Part shown: positions 37,118 through 45,682 of the stretch, one piece after another
Layout: every line of letters begins with the position of its first letter
Numbering within the stretch: the first letter of the stretch is position 1
Assembly (NCBI GenBank): GCA_011391085.1
Contig: JAABRD010000041.1
Location: forward strand, 1-46,447
Source of the DNA: Thiotrichaceae bacterium
GTDB taxonomy: Bacteria; Pseudomonadota; Gammaproteobacteria; Beggiatoales; Beggiatoaceae
Direction: 5' to 3'
DNA length: 46,447 bases
The notes under the pieces: model-generated
Told to the model about the DNA's origin: nothing
The model's database searches: none
The model's input: the letters and a program-made list of their open reading frames with translations, nothing else
Made by a program: the position numbers and the translations under genes

Positions 37118-38185
37118 ATGAGTATACAATGCGAAGTCACTGCCAATTCAATGGGAGGAGGAGACCCACTGGGTCTGTTTGGACGTTATTTAACCGTGTG
37201 GGTGACTATCTGTATTATGATAGGCATTGGACTGGGAAACTGGTTTCCAACCTGGTTTGTCTTCCTCAGTCACTTAGAAATAGGTCATGTTAATCTCGTG
37301 GTAGCGGTCTTAATTTGGGTGATGATTTATCCAATGATGGTGAATGTGGACTTCAATTCGTTGCGACACATTGGAGAACGTCCCAAGGGATTGATTATCA
37401 CTTCCGTCACCAATTGGTTTGTCAAACCTTTTACGATGGTAGCGTTAGGAATGTTATTTTTTGACATTCTGTTTCGTCCCTGGGTAGAACCGCAAGTCGC
37501 CAAAGAGTATATTGCGGGAATGATTCTGTTGGGGTCGGCCCCGTGTACGGCGATGGTTTTTGTATGGAGTCAATTAACAAAAGGAGATGCGACGTATACC
37601 CTGGTACAAGTCTCCCTAAACGACCTTATTATGATATTCGCTTATGCCCCTCTCGTGGCTTTTCTATTGGGTCTTAGCGATATTGTGGTGCCTTGGGAAA
37701 CGCTTTTATTATCCGTTCTTCTATATGTCGTCATCCCTTTGACCGCAGGTTATGTGACTCGTGTACAACTGTTAAAACAAGGAGATGACAAACGGGTCAC
37801 AGTTTTCACTGACCGTCTTAAACCTTGGACCATCATTGGTCTTTTGCTAACCGTGGTGTTACTGTTTGGTTTCCAAGGTAAAACGATTCTCAGTCAACCG
37901 TTGGTCATTGGGTTAATCGCCATCCCACTGATTATTCAAAGTGTCGGAGTGGCCACTTTGGCTTATGTGTGGGCGTGGTTATGGAAGGTACCTTTTGAGA
38001 TTGCAGGCCCTGTCGCTTTAATTGGGTCTTCCAACTTCTTTGAACTCGCCGTAGCAGTAGCTATCAGCTTGTTTGGACTGGATTCAGGTGCCGCGTTGGC
38101 CACGGTCGTCGGCGTGTTAGTCGAAGTACCAGTGATGCTATTTCTAGTATCTTTGGTCAATCGTACTCGCCAATGGTTTCAATGA
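37118..38185 (+). CDS. acr3: Arsenite efflux permease, ACR3 family
   Basis: A 10-TM protein with [12 protein letters not shown], and [12 protein letters not shown] containing the conserved ACR3 Cys. Confidence 0.9.
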   Translation: MSIQCEVTANSMGGGDPLGLFGRYLTVWVTICIMIGIGLGNWFPTWFVFLSHLEIGHVNLVVAVLIWVMIYPMMVNVDFNSLRHIGERPKGLIITSVTNWFVKPFTMVALGMLFFDILFRPWVEPQVAKEYIAGMILLGSAPCTAMVFVWSQLTKGDATYTLVQVSLNDLIMIFAYAPLVAFLLGLSDIVVPWETLLLSVLLYVVIPLTAGYVTRVQLLKQGDDKRVTVFTDRLKPWTIIGLLLTVVLLFGFQGKTILSQPLVIGLIAIPLIIQSVGVATLAYVWAWLWKVPFEIAGPVALIGSSNFFELAVAVAISLFGLDSGAALATVVGVLVEVPVMLFLVSLVNRTRQWFQ

Positions 38186-38206
38186 GATGAAATGACCACC
38201 CGCTGG

Positions 38207-38311
38207 GGCGCCATAAAAATGATTGCGTAATGCGCCGGTGCGACGTAGCGCCATAATTCTTATGGCGTTCCAGCGGAAATCGTGCGGAGTTAGAAGGAAT
38301 ATCGCTATAAT
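38207..38311. repeat. Partial copy of palindromic repeat family C (right half only)
   Basis: GCGCCATAATTCTTATGGCGTTCCAGCGGA...GGAATATCGCTATAAT aligns with 5838-5940. Confidence 0.55.
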
Positions 38312-38341
38312 CCTTGCCCCTCACCCTCTATTCATCACTCC

Positions 38342-39232
38342 CTACATTTGCTGATTCAGCAATGCTTTCAACCGCGCAATTTCTGCCTCCGCAACTTGTG
38401 CCCGTTGTTCCGCCACTTGTGCGCGTTGCGCTTCCACCTGTGCGCGTTGTGCTTCCACCTGTGCGCGTTGTGTCTCAGTCTGTGCCCATAGTTCAGCTAC
38501 CTGGGCCCGTTGTTCCGCTGCCTCTTCTGGAAGTAGTAATAACTCACCCGTGGGAGTGGCCCACCGTAACCAGGTCGTCTGGATGTCTTGATACAGCCCG
38601 TCCCAAAGAGTTAAAGTCAATCCCATGGAACGGCTGAGAAGACGTCCCTCACGGACGCGAAGTGTTTTATAGACTCCCTTGACCAGGCGAAACCCCGTGA
38701 ATTGGGCAGGATCAAAGGGGTCAAACCAAAAATATTCAGGTGCCTTGAGTTCATCCTGATAGACCCTCTTCTTTTCGCCCTTATCGTATGCGGCGGTAGT
38801 CTCAGATAATAACTCAATGACCACATCAGGTCGTTTTCCCTCGTGCCAGACTACCCAACTTTTACGTTCCCCTGGGACTGCGTCGGCAACCACAAACACG
38901 TCTGGACCTTTGAAGTCTTGGGCCCGAATCTGTTTGGGGCTGTAGTAAATGAACATGTTGCCATTGACATAACCACGTTGACGTTGGTTTAGCCACGGTT
39001 GCAAAGACTGGATGAGAAGTTCCATCTGCTTTTTATGTCGTTCCGTTTCCATATTGTCATTGTCCTCATAAGGCAAGTCATCTTGAGTGGGTAAAGATGA
39101 CAGGTTGAAAATATCTTGGTCAAATTTGGTAAGTTGTTCGAACCACGGTTGGTCCTGAGTGGGGCGAGACCGAAGGTTCAAGGGAGGGTGGTATCGGGTC
39201 GTTGGGAAGATGGCTGGTGTAAGGTGTAACAT
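38342..39232 (-). CDS. Uma2 family (DUF820) putative endonuclease with C-terminal heptad repeat tail
   Basis: PDVFVVADAVPGERKSWVVWHEGKRPDVVIELLSETT...YFWFDP (PD-(D/E)xK-like Uma2 core). C-terminal (QRAQVEA)x4 is encoded by 21-bp tandem DNA repeats at 38395-38480. Confidence 0.8.
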   Translation of the reverse strand: MLHLTPAIFPTTRYHPPLNLRSRPTQDQPWFEQLTKFDQDIFNLSSLPTQDDLPYEDNDNMETERHKKQMELLIQSLQPWLNQRQRGYVNGNMFIYYSPKQIRAQDFKGPDVFVVADAVPGERKSWVVWHEGKRPDVVIELLSETTAAYDKGEKKRVYQDELKAPEYFWFDPFDPAQFTGFRLVKGVYKTLRVREGRLLSRSMGLTLTLWDGLYQDIQTTWLRWATPTGELLLLPEEAAEQRAQVAELWAQTETQRAQVEAQRAQVEAQRAQVAEQRAQVAEAEIARLKALLNQQM

Positions 39233-39300
39233 AGTGTTCTCGTATAAAGTTCCTGGAGTCCAAAGCTACGCTTTGAACTCCTGGTTTGGATGGATTATTG

Positions 39301-39465
39301 GGTAGTGATGCAATGTGGGTTCTTTGTCTGAACTCTGATTAGAATGATTTTCAGATGGACTCTGATTAGTCATAGCCTCCTTTCATGGCCATCATTTAAT
39401 CATCTCAATCAGAGTTCAAGACTAAGAGAAACCGCACGATATTTCACCCAGATTGCATCACTACC
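39301..39465. mobile_element. MITE family A copy (81-bp core type); TSD GATTATTG
   Basis: TIRs GGTAGTGATGCAATGTGGGTTC / TCACCCAGATTGCATCACTACC. Exact 8-bp repeat at 39293-39300 and 39466-39473. Located between divergent genes. Confidence 0.85.
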
Positions 39466-39596
39466 GATTATTGGAAGATTGGGTTAATGGACTTTTATTG
39501 ATTAAGTCAGTTATAATACCATCTATAGCTATTCTTTGGCAAAGATTTGGCATAAGTATTTGTTTCAGACATTTCAAAGTTACCTTATAAAATGCA

Positions 39597-42359
39597 ATGT
39601 TCACCAACGACAAAGAACAGCCCACTTATTTGGTGGTATCTATTCTGCTAATCATTTCTGTTATTTTTGTTACCATTGGACTTATCGGTTTTTATTACCT
39701 GAAAGGAAACAGTTTAAAACAACAAACCGTTTCACAACAGCGCCGATATGTCGAAAAGGTGGCCGGGGGTTTGGAAATTTATCTCGTCAACGCCCAACAA
39801 TTGGCTAACTCAGTTTCTTCTTTGGTAGCCCCGTTGCAGGGCAATCAACAGGAAGTGGAACTTCTCTTGGACCGCATGTTGAAATCCGCACCGCAGGAAA
39901 TTATTTACGGTATTGGTGTTTGGTTTGAACCATATCAGTTTTCCTCCACCGAACGTTATTTTGGCCCCTATGTTCACCGTGGTAAAGAAATAGATGATCC
40001 ACCTGTCTTAACCTATGAGTGGACCACGCCTGAATATGATTTTCATCAGCAATCCTGGTATCAAGTAGGTAAATCTGGCCAAGGAAAAGTGGAGTTCACA
40101 GAACCTTATTTTGATACCGATTTGGTTTACATGAGTGCTTCACAAGCCTTTTATGATGAGAAAGGTCATCAATTTATGGGTGTGGTGACCATCGATATGG
40201 TGTTGCCATTGATACGCGATTATATTTTAAAAGCCAATCTCAATCAAGTGGGGACTATTTATCTGACCACTCGTCAAGGGGCATTGTTTGTGCATCCACA
40301 CGAAAAAATGTTGCTGGAATTTGCACGGGGACGTGGTAAAAAATTGACTAGTATTTTAGATTTGACGGTAGCTGACCTAAATGAATTTAATCTCCAAAAT
40401 CATCTGCTTCGGGATAGTTTCGATATTTCTGAAAAAGTTAACTATGTGGGTTGGACCGTACATCTGGTTACCGAAGAACGTTTGTTATTTCAAGAAGTCA
40501 ATGGCTTACGAGGCACGATTGGGTCTGTGATTGTTACTCTTTGGATAGGTTTAGCTATCATCTTGTTGGTCTTGTCTCATCTAAGGAAACAATCTTTACA
40601 GGTGAAACGAGAAAAAACGCGATTGGAAGAGGAACTCAAAATTCGTCAGCAAGCCGAAGCAAAGTTGCAGGAAATGAATGCCGAATTGCAGGCGAAAGAG
40701 AGTGAACTGAAACAGTTTTTGGAAGCGATGCCGGTGGGTGTAGGGGTAGGAATGTTAGATGACCAGGGGCAGCCTTATTATTATTACATGAACCGAAAAG
40801 GCAAGGATTTACTCAGTTCAGAGGCATTAGTTCAGGATTCTGTTCAAGATTCTCTGCCTTCCATTTACCAAATCTATTTGGCTGGGACTTCCCAATTTTA
40901 TCCTGCGGCCAACATCCCGATTTTGCGTGCCTTAACAGGGGACAGCAGTCATGTCGATGATATGGAAATTCATCGCGGTGACACCGTTGTTCCGGTGGAG
41001 GCGTGGGGAAGTCCAATTGTGAATGAAAATCGTCAAGTGATTTACGCGATCACGGCTTTTCAAGAGATTACCGAACGGAAACGGGCGGAGGCGGAAAGAG
41101 AACGTTTTACCAAAGAATTATTTCAACTGAATCAAGCGTATGAACGTTTCGTTCCGCGGGAATTGTTAAGTTTGTTAGATAAGAAAAGTATCTTAGATAT
41201 TCAATTGGGCGACCAAGTGGAGAAAGAAATGACGGTGTTATTTTCCGATATTCGGTCTTTCACGTCGTTTTCAGAAAGAATGACCCCCCAAGATATTTTC
41301 GATTTTATGAATAACTACTTAGGACAAATGGTGCCCATTATTTTTGAACATCAGGGGGTGGTTGACAAGTATATAGGCGATGCGATCATGGCGATTTTTC
41401 CAACCACTGCCGATGCCGCGGTGCAAAGTGCGATTGCTATGTTGAAAGCGTTGGAGAAGTATAATCAATTGTTACGCAAAACGCATTTGCCACCTCTGAA
41501 AATTGGTATTGGCTTGAATACAGGTCCTGTGATGTTGGGCACCGTGGGGGGAAGGCATCGTATGGAAGGTACCGTCATTGCCGACGCGGTAAACTTAGCA
41601 GCGCGGGTGGAGGAACTGACTAAAATATATCAGACTTCTTTGCTGATTACGGAACATACTTATCGAAAATTAAGTGACCCGTTGCAATATCATATTCGGG
41701 TGATAGACGTAGTGAAAGTCAAGGGAAAATCTCAAGAGGTCACCGTCTATGAAGTGTATGACGCGGACCCGCCAGACCAGATGATTCGAAAAGATGTTAC
41801 CAGAGAAAATTTGGAATTGGGATTTGTGCTGTACCATTCAGGAAAATTTGCCGATGCCCAACTTTTTTTTGAAAAGGTTTGGGTAGCCGATGAACAGGAT
41901 AAAGTGGCACAAATTTATTTGAATCGTTGTCATGACTTGTTAGGCATGACGATGCCGTTGTCAGTGAAAATCTTGGTAGTAGATGATGCACCCACCAATG
42001 TCAAATTGTTATCCTATTTTCTGATTGACAGTCAATTTGAGGTATTGGGTGCGTATGATGGGGCAAGTGCATTATCGATAGCAGAGTTGCAACAGCCTCA
42101 TTTGATTTTATTAGATGTGTTGATGCCTGGGATAGATGGTTTTGAGACCTGTCGAAAACTCAAGGAATGTCCCCAAACGAAAGATATTCCAGTGATTTTC
42201 TTGACTTCTTTAACCGATGGCGAGGATAAAATCAAGGGGTTTGAAGCGGGTGCAGTGGATTATATTACAAAACCGTTTTATCAGCAGGAAGTGTTGGCAC
42301 GGATTAGGGTTCATTTGTCTAATTTGTATTTGAGACAACGGTTGGTGGAGAAAATGTGA
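39597..42359 (+). CDS. Sensor adenylate/guanylate cyclase: TM - dCache - TM - coiled coil - PAS - class III cyclase (CHD) - TPR-like - C-terminal receiver
   Basis: Periplasmic dCache motifs between two TM helices. Cyclase core VLFSDIRSFTSFSE...YIGDAIMAIFP...GLNTGPVMLGTVG. C-terminal REC ILVVDDAPTN...LLDVLMPGIDG...DYITKPF. Confidence 0.9.
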   Translation: MFTNDKEQPTYLVVSILLIISVIFVTIGLIGFYYLKGNSLKQQTVSQQRRYVEKVAGGLEIYLVNAQQLANSVSSLVAPLQGNQQEVELLLDRMLKSAPQEIIYGIGVWFEPYQFSSTERYFGPYVHRGKEIDDPPVLTYEWTTPEYDFHQQSWYQVGKSGQGKVEFTEPYFDTDLVYMSASQAFYDEKGHQFMGVVTIDMVLPLIRDYILKANLNQVGTIYLTTRQGALFVHPHEKMLLEFARGRGKKLTSILDLTVADLNEFNLQNHLLRDSFDISEKVNYVGWTVHLVTEERLLFQEVNGLRGTIGSVIVTLWIGLAIILLVLSHLRKQSLQVKREKTRLEEELKIRQQAEAKLQEMNAELQAKESELKQFLEAMPVGVGVGMLDDQGQPYYYYMNRKGKDLLSSEALVQDSVQDSLPSIYQIYLAGTSQFYPAANIPILRALTGDSSHVDDMEIHRGDTVVPVEAWGSPIVNENRQVIYAITAFQEITERKRAEAERERFTKELFQLNQAYERFVPRELLSLLDKKSILDIQLGDQVEKEMTVLFSDIRSFTSFSERMTPQDIFDFMNNYLGQMVPIIFEHQGVVDKYIGDAIMAIFPTTADAAVQSAIAMLKALEKYNQLLRKTHLPPLKIGIGLNTGPVMLGTVGGRHRMEGTVIADAVNLAARVEELTKIYQTSLLITEHTYRKLSDPLQYHIRVIDVVKVKGKSQEVTVYEVYDADPPDQMIRKDVTRENLELGFVLYHSGKFADAQLFFEKVWVADEQDKVAQIYLNRCHDLLGMTMPLSVKILVVDDAPTNVKLLSYFLIDSQFEVLGAYDGASALSIAELQQPHLILLDVLMPGIDGFETCRKLKECPQTKDIPVIFLTSLTDGEDKIKGFEAGAVDYITKPFYQQEVLARIRVHLSNLYLRQRLVEKM

Positions 42360-42655
42360 GGAAAGAAGCGTTGGAGTAGAGGCGTTGGAATAGAGGCGTT
42401 GGAGTAAAAGCTTTAGACGGTGGGCAAAAAACACTTGCCCTGCCCACCCTACCTTGACTAAAGGCGAATCTTATATATTATGATTGAACTGAATTATTCA
42501 CTAATGAAGACGGTGGACAAACAAATATTTGCCCACTCTACCTTGACTTGACGGTGCAAAATCAGCTTGCCGACCTTGCATAGCTTGACAAAGTTAAGTC
42601 CCAATTGTTAAACTGTGAAGATGACCAACCACCCAAACAGGAGTTAAACGACACG

Positions 42656-43147
42656 ATGACCAAACCCTCGGTCTATTTGGAAACCAGTTTCATTAGTTAT
42701 TTGACCGCTAGACCCAGTCGCGACCTGATTGTGGCAGGACATCAAGCCATTACGGCTGAATGGTGGGAAAACCGTCGTCACGAATTTGAACTGTTTATCT
42801 CTCCTGTGGTGATTGAGGAAGCCAAATTAGGTGACCCACAAGCGGCCGCGAAGAGAAGAGATTAGCCGTGCTGGAAGGATTGAACACGTTGACGGTGACT
42901 GATGAAGTGATTCAGTTTGCTGCCAACTTAATCAAGGAAAAGGCGATTCCAGACACCGAACTACGAGACGCTTATCATGTTTCTTGTGCTTATATTTGCT
43001 TATATTCATGGGATAAACTATTTATTGACCTGGAACTGTAAGCATTTGGCCCACGCCCAACAACGTGAGAGAATCCAACAATTGGGGGCTACTTGGGGTT
43101 ATCTCTCCCCCATTTTATGTACCCCCGAAGAACTGTTAGGAGATTAA
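42656..43147 (+). pseudogene. PIN-domain nuclease pseudogene (at least two frameshifts) - decayed paralog of 43501..43980
   Basis: N-terminal KPSVYLETSFISYLTARPSRDLIVAGHQ matches KPLIYLDTSIISYLTAPLSRDLIIAAHQ. The middle (..IQFAANLIKEKAIPDTELRDAYHVS) and C-terminus (WNCKHL...ILCTPEELLGD*) continue in two other frames. Confidence 0.6.
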
Positions 43148-43149
43148 TT

Positions 43150-43353
43150 ATGTGGAATGACCCCATTGTCGAAGAAATTCGTCAAGCCAGTGATAAACTG
43201 GCAGCCCAGTTTAATTATGATTTGCGTGCCTTGTGGGAATACTATCGTGAACAACAACGATTACAAAATCGCCCCGTGGTCTCGCGACCACCGCGGTATC
43301 GTAAGCCGTTGCCAACGTTAAATTCTCCAGTGCCAGAATTGGGAGGAGAATGA
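43150..43353 (+). CDS. Small protein (67 aa) of the DPIV..EIR...F(N)YDL family; putative cognate partner (antitoxin-like) of the PIN gene
   Basis: MWNDPIVEEIRQASDKLAAQFNYDLRALWEYYREQQ.... The start lies 2 nt after the PIN pseudogene stop. Paralog of 43983..44186. Confidence 0.6.
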   Translation: MWNDPIVEEIRQASDKLAAQFNYDLRALWEYYREQQRLQNRPVVSRPPRYRKPLPTLNSPVPELGGE

Positions 43354-43447
43354 GTTTATGTAAAGTGGGCAACAGGTTTCTCGTTGTCGACCAGAAATTT
43401 TGAGAATGAAGAGGGTGGGCAAACGAATATTTGCCCCTCTACCTTGA
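43318..43447. repeat. 130-bp duplicated segment (copy 1) ending in family D hairpin GGTGGGCAAACGAATATTTGCCC
   Basis: ~92% identical to 44260-44395. Copy 1 includes the last 11 codons of the small ORF. Confidence 0.7.
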
Positions 43448-43500
43448 TTATCATTGTGATATAACTCTGCCAACTTTGGTTGACTCAGAAAGGTTTAAAA

Positions 43501-43980
43501 ATGAAACCACTTATTTACCTGGATACCAGCATTATCAGCTACCTAACTGCACCTCTAAGTCGAGACTTAATTATTGCGGCCCATCAACAAATAACCCAAG
43601 AATGGTGGATGACAGGGGCTGGCAGTTATGAACTTTATGTGTCAGAATTGGTTTGGAATGAAGTTCAAGAAGGTGACGCCAAGGAGGCTAGAAAACGCAT
43701 GGATTTGATTAGTCCATTCACCGTGTTACCACTCAATGAAGTGGCCGAAACGCTGGGCCAAACCTTCATTCAAAAACATGCCTTACCGACCAAAGCTATC
43801 ACGGATGCGCTTCATATAGCAATCGCAACGGTGCATGGCATGGATTACTTGATGACCTGGAATCTGAAACACATGGTCAATCCTGTCATACAAAAATCGC
43901 TACGCCGGCTTATCGAGGCGAATGGCTATAACATGCCAACTATCTGTACCCCTGAAGTACTTTTACGAGGAGAAAAATAA
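43501..43980 (+). CDS. PIN-domain ribonuclease (VapC-like), intact
   Basis: MKPLIYLDTSIISYL (Asp8), ELYVSELVWNEV (Glu), ITDALHIAIATVHG (Asp), TWNLKHM (C-terminal PIN motif). Confidence 0.75.
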   Translation: MKPLIYLDTSIISYLTAPLSRDLIIAAHQQITQEWWMTGAGSYELYVSELVWNEVQEGDAKEARKRMDLISPFTVLPLNEVAETLGQTFIQKHALPTKAITDALHIAIATVHGMDYLMTWNLKHMVNPVIQKSLRRLIEANGYNMPTICTPEVLLRGEK

Positions 43981-43982
43981 TC

Positions 43983-44186
43983 ATGATAGATGACCCCATC
44001 ATAGCAGAATTGAGAAAGTTCCGAGAAGAGTATGCGGCCAAGTTTAATTATGATCTGGCAGCAATATGTCGGGATTTGAGAGAAAAAGAACAACGGCATG
44101 GACGTAAATTGGTATCGTTGCCACCTAAACCGTATCTGCCACCCACTTTAGAGGTCGCGGGCCAGGAGTTTGTCGTTGTGTCTTGA
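43983..44186 (+). CDS. Small protein (67 aa), DPII..ELR...FNYDL family; putative partner of the upstream PIN gene
   Basis: MIDDPIIAELRKFREEYAAKFNYDLAAICRDLREKEQ.... The start lies 2 nt after the PIN stop (translational coupling). Confidence 0.6.
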   Translation: MIDDPIIAELRKFREEYAAKFNYDLAAICRDLREKEQRHGRKLVSLPPKPYLPPTLEVAGQEFVVVS

Positions 44187-44259
44187 CAGAAGAATTGAGT
44201 GAGAGGTTGGTGGGCCAAGAAACATTTGCCTCCCTTACCTTGACTGAATGGACGGTAGC

Positions 44260-44395
44260 CGTAAATTCTCCAGTGCCAGAATTGGGAGGAGAATGAGTTT
44301 ATGTAGAGTGTGCAACAGGTTTCTTGTTGTCCACCAGACATTTTGAGAATGACGAGGGTGGGCAAACAAATATTTGCCCACTCTAACCTTGACTA
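44260..44395. repeat. 130-bp duplicated segment (copy 2) with family D hairpin
   Basis: Retains AATTCTCCAGTGCCAGAATTGGGAGGAGAATGA, which is the 3'-end relic of another small-ORF copy. Confidence 0.7.
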
Positions 44396-45508
44396 CTTTA
44401 TCATAACGTCAATGGTCTTCCCATTAAATACCAACATGCCATCTGACAACCGATAGCCGAAGTTGATACAGAGATGACCTTTGGCATCAAACTGACCCTC
44501 ATAGAGGGGACCAAATCCTTTACTCACACCATCGGTTGTCAACTGGATGGGTTCTGCCAGTGAAGCACCCTTGTAAAGGGCCTCCAACTTCTGAAGGTTT
44601 CCGTCCCATAATTTAACCCATATTTGGGAATAATCTTGGCTGATTTCCGGTTTGCTACGCGGTGATGATTTGCAATAGGACTTATCCGCATTGCAATAGT
44701 TGTCAGGGACTGTTTGCATCATGTAGTAGTCCCCATTTGCCGGGTCACAGTTGTCAACTCCTAATTTCTCCGGTGGCACATACAGACCCACCACAATAAT
44801 GTCTGCGGTTTGGGCGTTGTGAGTAGAGTCAGGAGTGATAACGCCGGTCAATTTTACCGAATCTGTCAAAGTCATTTCTACGGTTTGCGCTGGGGTTCCA
44901 CCATTGACAGAAAGACCGCCTTCAAATTTGGCGGTGGTGGTGGTGACAGCGTTGCCTGAAACGTCGAAGGCAAGCACTTGACCTAAATTGGGTAGTTCTG
45001 TGGAAGTTGACGGAGGTGTTGAGGAAGAAACGCCTTCACCACTGAGAGGAATCTCCTTTTGAGGTTTGTTGAGGATACCTAAAGTTGTTTTGTCAGGGTC
45101 ACCGTGGTAAATTTGCAGGAAACCGTTTATTTTGCCGGCAGATGTTGGTGTAAACGTGACCGTAATCTGACAAATTTGGGCCGGTGCCAATTCATCAGCA
45201 GGACATTCGCTTTGCGAACTGAAAGCTGGGTCACTATCTTTGATTCGAATAGATTTCCCGCCGGTCAATTCCAAAGGCTTCTTCCCTACATTTTTCAGAG
45301 TTACGGTCATGGGTTTGGAAGTGTTTACGGGAACTTGACCAAATGGCAGTTCTGTTAGAGATTGGCCGTTAGGGTCTTGTAAGTCAGGTTGAGGACGGCC
45401 GAGGCCACCTCCGAAGGGATCGTCGGCGGCCATTGCTATAGAAGCATAAGCCAGCATTCCTCCTAAAGTTAGCCATATAAAAAGAGGATATTTATTTGTT
45501 CTGTTCAT
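44393..45508 (-). CDS. Secreted protein: signal peptide, ASH/choice-of-anchor-like Ig-fold region, and the shared C-terminal domain with an inserted Cys-rich loop
   Basis: MNRTNKYPLFIWLTLGGMLAYASIAMA signal. C-terminal ...NAQTADIIVVGLY...LCINFGYRLSDGMLVFNGKTIDVMIK aligns with the tails of 6038..9385 and 14469..20051. Confidence 0.75.
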   Translation of the reverse strand: MNRTNKYPLFIWLTLGGMLAYASIAMAADDPFGGGLGRPQPDLQDPNGQSLTELPFGQVPVNTSKPMTVTLKNVGKKPLELTGGKSIRIKDSDPAFSSQSECPADELAPAQICQITVTFTPTSAGKINGFLQIYHGDPDKTTLGILNKPQKEIPLSGEGVSSSTPPSTSTELPNLGQVLAFDVSGNAVTTTTAKFEGGLSVNGGTPAQTVEMTLTDSVKLTGVITPDSTHNAQTADIIVVGLYVPPEKLGVDNCDPANGDYYMMQTVPDNYCNADKSYCKSSPRSKPEISQDYSQIWVKLWDGNLQKLEALYKGASLAEPIQLTTDGVSKGFGPLYEGQFDAKGHLCINFGYRLSDGMLVFNGKTIDVMIK

Positions 45509-45574
45509 GTTTAAACCTGTGGGTGAAAATTTGTTTTTCGTTCCCATGCACCTGTATGAAAACGAGAAATCATT

Positions 45575-45670
45575 TTTTAGAAACCGAGTTTAGAAATCGA
45601 GTTTTTGAAAAAAACTCGATTTCTTTCAAAGAACTAAATCAGAAACCGAGTTTTTTCCAAAAACTCGGTT
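45575..45670. terminator. Two tandem near-identical hairpins (GAAANCGAGTTTTT..AAAAACTCGNTTTC) between same-strand genes
   Basis: AAATCGAGTTTTTGAAAAAAACTCGATTTC and GAAACCGAGTTTTTTCCAAAAACTCGGTTTC, each followed by T-rich sequence. Likely terminator/attenuator for 45683..46378. Confidence 0.45.
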
Positions 45671-45682
45671 TCTTCCAAGGAA

